Positions 60,167 through 64,000 of a stretch of 64,000 bases of DNA are shown here, one piece after another; the first letter of the stretch is position 1, and the number at the start of each line of letters is the position of its first letter. The notes below the pieces were generated by a model that saw only the letters and a program-made list of their open reading frames with translations, searched no databases and was not told where the DNA came from. The DNA comes from Planctomycetota bacterium. GTDB taxonomy: Bacteria > Planctomycetota > Planctomycetia > Pirellulales > UBA7805. The stretch spans positions 1,468 to 65,467 of the forward strand of contig QQVP01000064.1 in the NCBI GenBank assembly GCA_003389215.1. Direction: 5' to 3'. Made by a program: the position numbers and the translations under genes.

Positions 60167-62128
60167 TCAACAGACGGCCGGAGCGGCGACGGGAAGCAGC
60201 GAATGGTCCGGCTCGGTCGGCGCCAAGGCCGGATCGACGAACGTGCGGTGCCACAGCTCCAGGCAGAGTAGTGTCCAGAGCCGGTGGCTATGATCCCAGG
60301 CTCCGCTCTGATGCTCGGAAATCAACGTGCGCACGGCCGCTGGCGAAAAGTAGCCGCGATCGAGGCTCAAGGGGTCGAGCAGATGATCGAGGAGAAAGTC
60401 GTGCTGGCCATCGCGAAACCACTCGTCGATCGGCACGCAAAAACCCATCTTGTGACGCCGGGCGATCCGCGGCGGAATCAGTTCGGAGAAGGTCTCCTTC
60501 ACGATGTGCTTGGTGTCCGTGCCGACGACCTTTTGCGCAAAGGGAATGCCGATCGCCAGCTCGACCACGCGGTGATCGAGAAACGGACTGCGGCACTCCA
60601 GCCCATGGGCCATGCTGGCGATGTCGACCTTGGCCAGCATGTCGCAGGGTAGCCGCGTCTGCACGTCGGTCAGCATGGCGCGCGAGCCGCCGCCACGGCG
60701 GGCGCAATTGGCCATTGCGGCGGCAAACACCCCTTCGGCATCGGCGTCGCCCAGCTCCGCGCGAAAGGCATCGGAGTAGGTGGCCTGGCGCCGGGCACGA
60801 TCGAACATGGTCACAAAGTTGGCAAAGCGCCGGTCGGACGGCTCGCGAAGCAGCATCATGCGGCGGCGAATGCGTCGCAGCACCGAGTCCTGGCGATTGG
60901 CCGTCGGCATCCAGTCCCAAAGGCGATTGCCGAGCAACGCCCGCGCCAGCGGCGGCAAACGATCGAACTTGCTGAACTTGTCGACGGTTTGATAACGCTC
61001 GTAGCCCCCGAAGAGTTCGTCGCCGCCGTCGCCGGTGAGCGCGACTTTCACGTGTTCGCGGGTGGCCTGCGAAACGTAGTAGGTCGGAATCGCGGAGCTG
61101 TCGGCGAACGGTTCGTCGTAGTGGTAAACGAGCGTCGGCAAGATGCCCAGCGAGTCGGGCTCGACGAACAGCTCGTGATGATCGGTCTTCAGGTGGGCGG
61201 CAATTTCCCGGGCGTCGGCCGATTCGTCGTAGTCGTCGGCCTGAAAGCCGATCGTGTAGGTCTTGGTCGGCTGACTGGCATGTCGCTGCATCAGACCTAC
61301 GATGACTGTCGAGTCGATGCCGCCGGAGAGAAACGCCCCGAGCGGGACGTCGCTGCGAAGCCGCAGTCGCACCGCTTCCATCAGCTCCGCTTCGAGCGCC
61401 TCGCGCATCTCGGCGGGCGAGAGCGAAGTGCACTTGTTCAAATCGGGCGACCAGTAGCGATCGACCCGCAGCTCGCCGTTCTCGTAAACGGCGTAGGAGC
61501 CCGGTTCCAGCTTGCGGATGCCGCGAAACATGGTGCGGGGGTGCGGCACATAGAGATAGGCCAGGTACTCGTCGAGCGCCACGGGATCGAGTTCCCGCGG
61601 CACGCTGGGAACCTGCAGGATCGATTTGATTTCGCTGGCGAAGAGGAACTGGCCCGGCACGTGGCGATAGACGATCGGCTTTTGGCCGAGCCGGTCGCGG
61701 GCCACGACGAGCCGCCGTCGCGGACCGTCCCAAATGGCCAGGCCGAACATGCCCCGCAGGTCCTGCAGAAAATCGATGCCCTTCTCTTCGTAGAGATGGA
61801 CGATCGTTTCCGTGTCGGAGTTGGTGCGAAACTGGTGACCGGCCGCTTCCAGAGCGGGCCGCAGCTCGCGATAGTTGTAGATTTCGCCGTTGAAGGTGAC
61901 CCAGACCGTGCCGTCTTCGTTCGACATCGGCTGAGTGCCGCCGGCCAGGTCGATGATGCTCAGACGGCGATGGCCCAGGGCGACGCCCGATCCGTCCGAC
62001 TGCTGGTCCCAATGTTCACCCTGGCCATCCGGTCCACGGTGGGCCATGACGCGGGTCATGCGCACCAGCGTTTCCAGCGAGACAGGCTCGCCGTCGGCGG
62101 TCCAGACAGCGCCGGTGATTCCACACAT
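60167..62128 (-). CDS. asnB: Asparagine synthase-like glutamine amidotransferase (EPS modification)
   Basis: MCGI, HRGPDG, GHRRLSIIDL, FNGEIYN, LSGGIDS, GDGGDELFGGY. Confidence 0.94.
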   Translation of the reverse strand: MCGITGAVWTADGEPVSLETLVRMTRVMAHRGPDGQGEHWDQQSDGSGVALGHRRLSIIDLAGGTQPMSNEDGTVWVTFNGEIYNYRELRPALEAAGHQFRTNSDTETIVHLYEEKGIDFLQDLRGMFGLAIWDGPRRRLVVARDRLGQKPIVYRHVPGQFLFASEIKSILQVPSVPRELDPVALDEYLAYLYVPHPRTMFRGIRKLEPGSYAVYENGELRVDRYWSPDLNKCTSLSPAEMREALEAELMEAVRLRLRSDVPLGAFLSGGIDSTVIVGLMQRHASQPTKTYTIGFQADDYDESADAREIAAHLKTDHHELFVEPDSLGILPTLVYHYDEPFADSSAIPTYYVSQATREHVKVALTGDGGDELFGGYERYQTVDKFSKFDRLPPLARALLGNRLWDWMPTANRQDSVLRRIRRRMMLLREPSDRRFANFVTMFDRARRQATYSDAFRAELGDADAEGVFAAAMANCARRGGGSRAMLTDVQTRLPCDMLAKVDIASMAHGLECRSPFLDHRVVELAIGIPFAQKVVGTDTKHIVKETFSELIPPRIARRHKMGFCVPIDEWFRDGQHDFLLDHLLDPLSLDRGYFSPAAVRTLISEHQSGAWDHSHRLWTLLCLELWHRTFVDPALAPTEPDHSLLPVAAPAVC

Positions 62129-62137
62129 ACGAAGTCC

Positions 62138-64000
62138 CTAGGGTCCGGCCTGCATCTGCTCGGTGGCAGCTTGGGCCGTCTCGCGAGGAGCCGATGGGGC
62201 GGCTTCGTTGCGCGTGCAGCTCAAGCAGAAGGACATCGAGGCCGGCAATTTCAGCTGCCCAAAAAAACGCACGACCGCCGCCCGTTGGCGGTGGCCGTAA
62301 GCCGTTCCGACCCAGCCTCCCGCGGGTCCTTCACGATTTTCGACAACTTCCCACTGCAGATCTTTGTTGTCGAGCAACTCGAGCGTTGCCGTGTGACCCG
62401 ACTTGGTACTCATTGTAATCCGTTGCGGCGAATCTGTCGCCACGGTGGCGCCCGGCGCGACGTGGAAGAACACCTCGACCAGGTGACTCCCCTGCCCCGT
62501 GAGTCGATCGAGTATGAGAAAGTTGTCGGCCCGGTCCCAATAGACGGCCCGACGATGGCGCACCGGCGGCGCGAGGCCGTAATAACCGTCATGACCTGAC
62601 TGAACGTACTCGAACAGCGGTGTCGATTCCGAGTTGAGCGGCTCGGCCTGGGCCACGCACGACCAGGCGTTCGAGGCGTAGAACTTGGCGTGCGAGGCCC
62701 CGTCGACGAGCACCGTGTTGTGCGCCGAGGCCTCGCGAAAGTAGCGGTGCCAGAGCGGGTCCTCGTCGTAGGTGTAGAAGCCGCCGTCGACCAGCAGCGG
62801 CTCGCCGAACACGGACAGCACCACCGACATCAGGTCGCTATGGCCATGGCACGACGACGGCACGTCGGCGGTGAACAGGCCCGCGGCGATCGGCCCCGCG
62901 TCGAAGACCAGGTGATGCGCGTCGCGGTCCCAGCCGCTGCGCATCACGTAGTAACCGCTTTGCGGAAAGGCCCGCGCGGTCTGCTCTGGCGGCTGCGCGG
63001 AGAGCTTTTCGTAGGCCGCGAGCCCCTCGGCGCCGTAGAGCCAAAGCGCGTCTTCGCTGAGCTCGCCGGCGACTGCCTTCATGTCGCCGCGGGAAAAGAG
63101 AATCGCCCCGATGCTGAGCAGATTGCGAAAGTCCCACAGCGGCAACTCGGCGAAGCGAATCGAGCGGGCGTTGTCGACGTCGCCGATCCGCGGCACGCGG
63201 CCGTCGCCACGGGTCATCCACATCGTGAATTCGAGCGCCCGTTCGATGCGTTCGAGCATCCGTCGCGGCACTGGTTCGCCGCGTCGTTGTCGGGTAAGGA
63301 CCGCGAGCAGCAAGAATCCGAGACAGTAGTTGTGGTAGAAGGTCGCCTGTTCGGTGCTGCCGCCGTCTTCGTAGTACTGGTCGCGGTAATACTCGGTCAG
63401 GGCTCGCCAACCGTGTTCGCGCCAGGCGGCAGCCTCGTCGAACTCGGGCAGGAAGCAGCCGATCAGATAGAGGGCCGCGGCCTCGCCGATCAGGTGATTG
63501 TTCGGGCTGAAGTAATACGACAAGTGCCGATGCAGATAGTGCCCGTTGTGGTAGAGGGCCTTGATCCAGTCGAGGTGCGCGGTCGCGGACAGCGATTCGA
63601 GTGGCCGGCAGAACTGGTAGCACCACAGCCAGACGAAGGAGCGGATGGCGACTTCCAGGGCGCTCGACCAGTTGATGCCGTCGAGATACGGATTCGCCGC
63701 GACCCACGAGGCGAAGACCTCGGTGACGCGCTCGCGATAGCGCTCGTCGCCGGTGATCCGCGCCGCCTTGGCGCAGTCGAGCAGGGCCTCCTGGCGGCTC
63801 AGTTCCCAGACATACTTCACGTCGCCGCCCCCTTCGCGGCAGAACGAGAAATCGAGATCGGCGTGAAAGGCCCGCTGCCAGACGTAGCCCGACTTGGGAT
63901 CGGTGTGCCAGTCGATCGTCGGATGTTGTGTCGACTCGATGCCGAGAAAGGCGAAGTGCCCTGCCACGGCGCGGTCGGCCTGGTGGCGCAACGTGTCGAG
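62138..64000 (-). CDS. Heparinase II/III family (alginate-lyase-like) protein, 5' end outside window
   Basis: DVKYVWELSR, NP..GINW, NNHL, EQATFYH, HGHSD, AHNTV. Confidence 0.88.
   Translation of the reverse strand, partial: LDTLRHQADRAVAGHFAFLGIESTQHPTIDWHTDPKSGYVWQRAFHADLDFSFCREGGGDVKYVWELSRQEALLDCAKAARITGDERYRERVTEVFASWVAANPYLDGINWSSALEVAIRSFVWLWCYQFCRPLESLSATAHLDWIKALYHNGHYLHRHLSYYFSPNNHLIGEAAALYLIGCFLPEFDEAAAWREHGWRALTEYYRDQYYEDGGSTEQATFYHNYCLGFLLLAVLTRQRRGEPVPRRMLERIERALEFTMWMTRGDGRVPRIGDVDNARSIRFAELPLWDFRNLLSIGAILFSRGDMKAVAGELSEDALWLYGAEGLAAYEKLSAQPPEQTARAFPQSGYYVMRSGWDRDAHHLVFDAGPIAAGLFTADVPSSCHGHSDLMSVVLSVFGEPLLVDGGFYTYDEDPLWHRYFREASAHNTVLVDGASHAKFYASNAWSCVAQAEPLNSESTPLFEYVQSGHDGYYGLAPPVRHRRAVYWDRADNFLILDRLTGQGSHLVEVFFHVAPGATVATDSPQRITMSTKSGHTATLELLDNKDLQWEVVENREGPAGGWVGTAYGHRQRAAVVRFFGQLKLPASMSFCLSCTRNEAAPSAPRETAQAATEQMQAGP

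Overview
High-GC bacterial chromosome segment. Gene content and order (groEL-groES-groEL-dnaJ-grpE-FmdB-yacG, ECF/Ser-Thr kinase, ceramidase-like, TMTC-like and MMPL genes) suggest a planctomycete; this is an inference. Most of it is core metabolism: pyc/birA, hom-apgM-lysC, M42 peptidase, chaperones, P-II, DsbD, purM, hemL, cysH-Rrf2, S41 protease, glnA and mtnA. It ends in a PEP-CTERM/exosortase-type exopolysaccharide cluster. Small accessory patches lie at about 1.2-6.1 kb, 39-40 kb and 41.3-49 kb. No rRNA, tRNA, CRISPR array or transposase was recognised. The most unusual observation is a ~170-bp non-coding element present twice (1219-1387 and 42762-42931). Its short motifs sit at the same spacing in both copies while the spacers have diverged, and one of its 31-bp boxes recurs next to a sigma-54 promoter of groEL. 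Other notable features are an rRNA-type boxA with no rRNA gene next to the second copy, an ECF sigma factor fused to an intact Ser/Thr kinase, a multi-domain immunity-like lipoprotein, and a sulfotransferase-like/2OG-oxygenase pair appended to the aspartate-pathway operon. All family assignments are from motif recognition by eye, not database searches.
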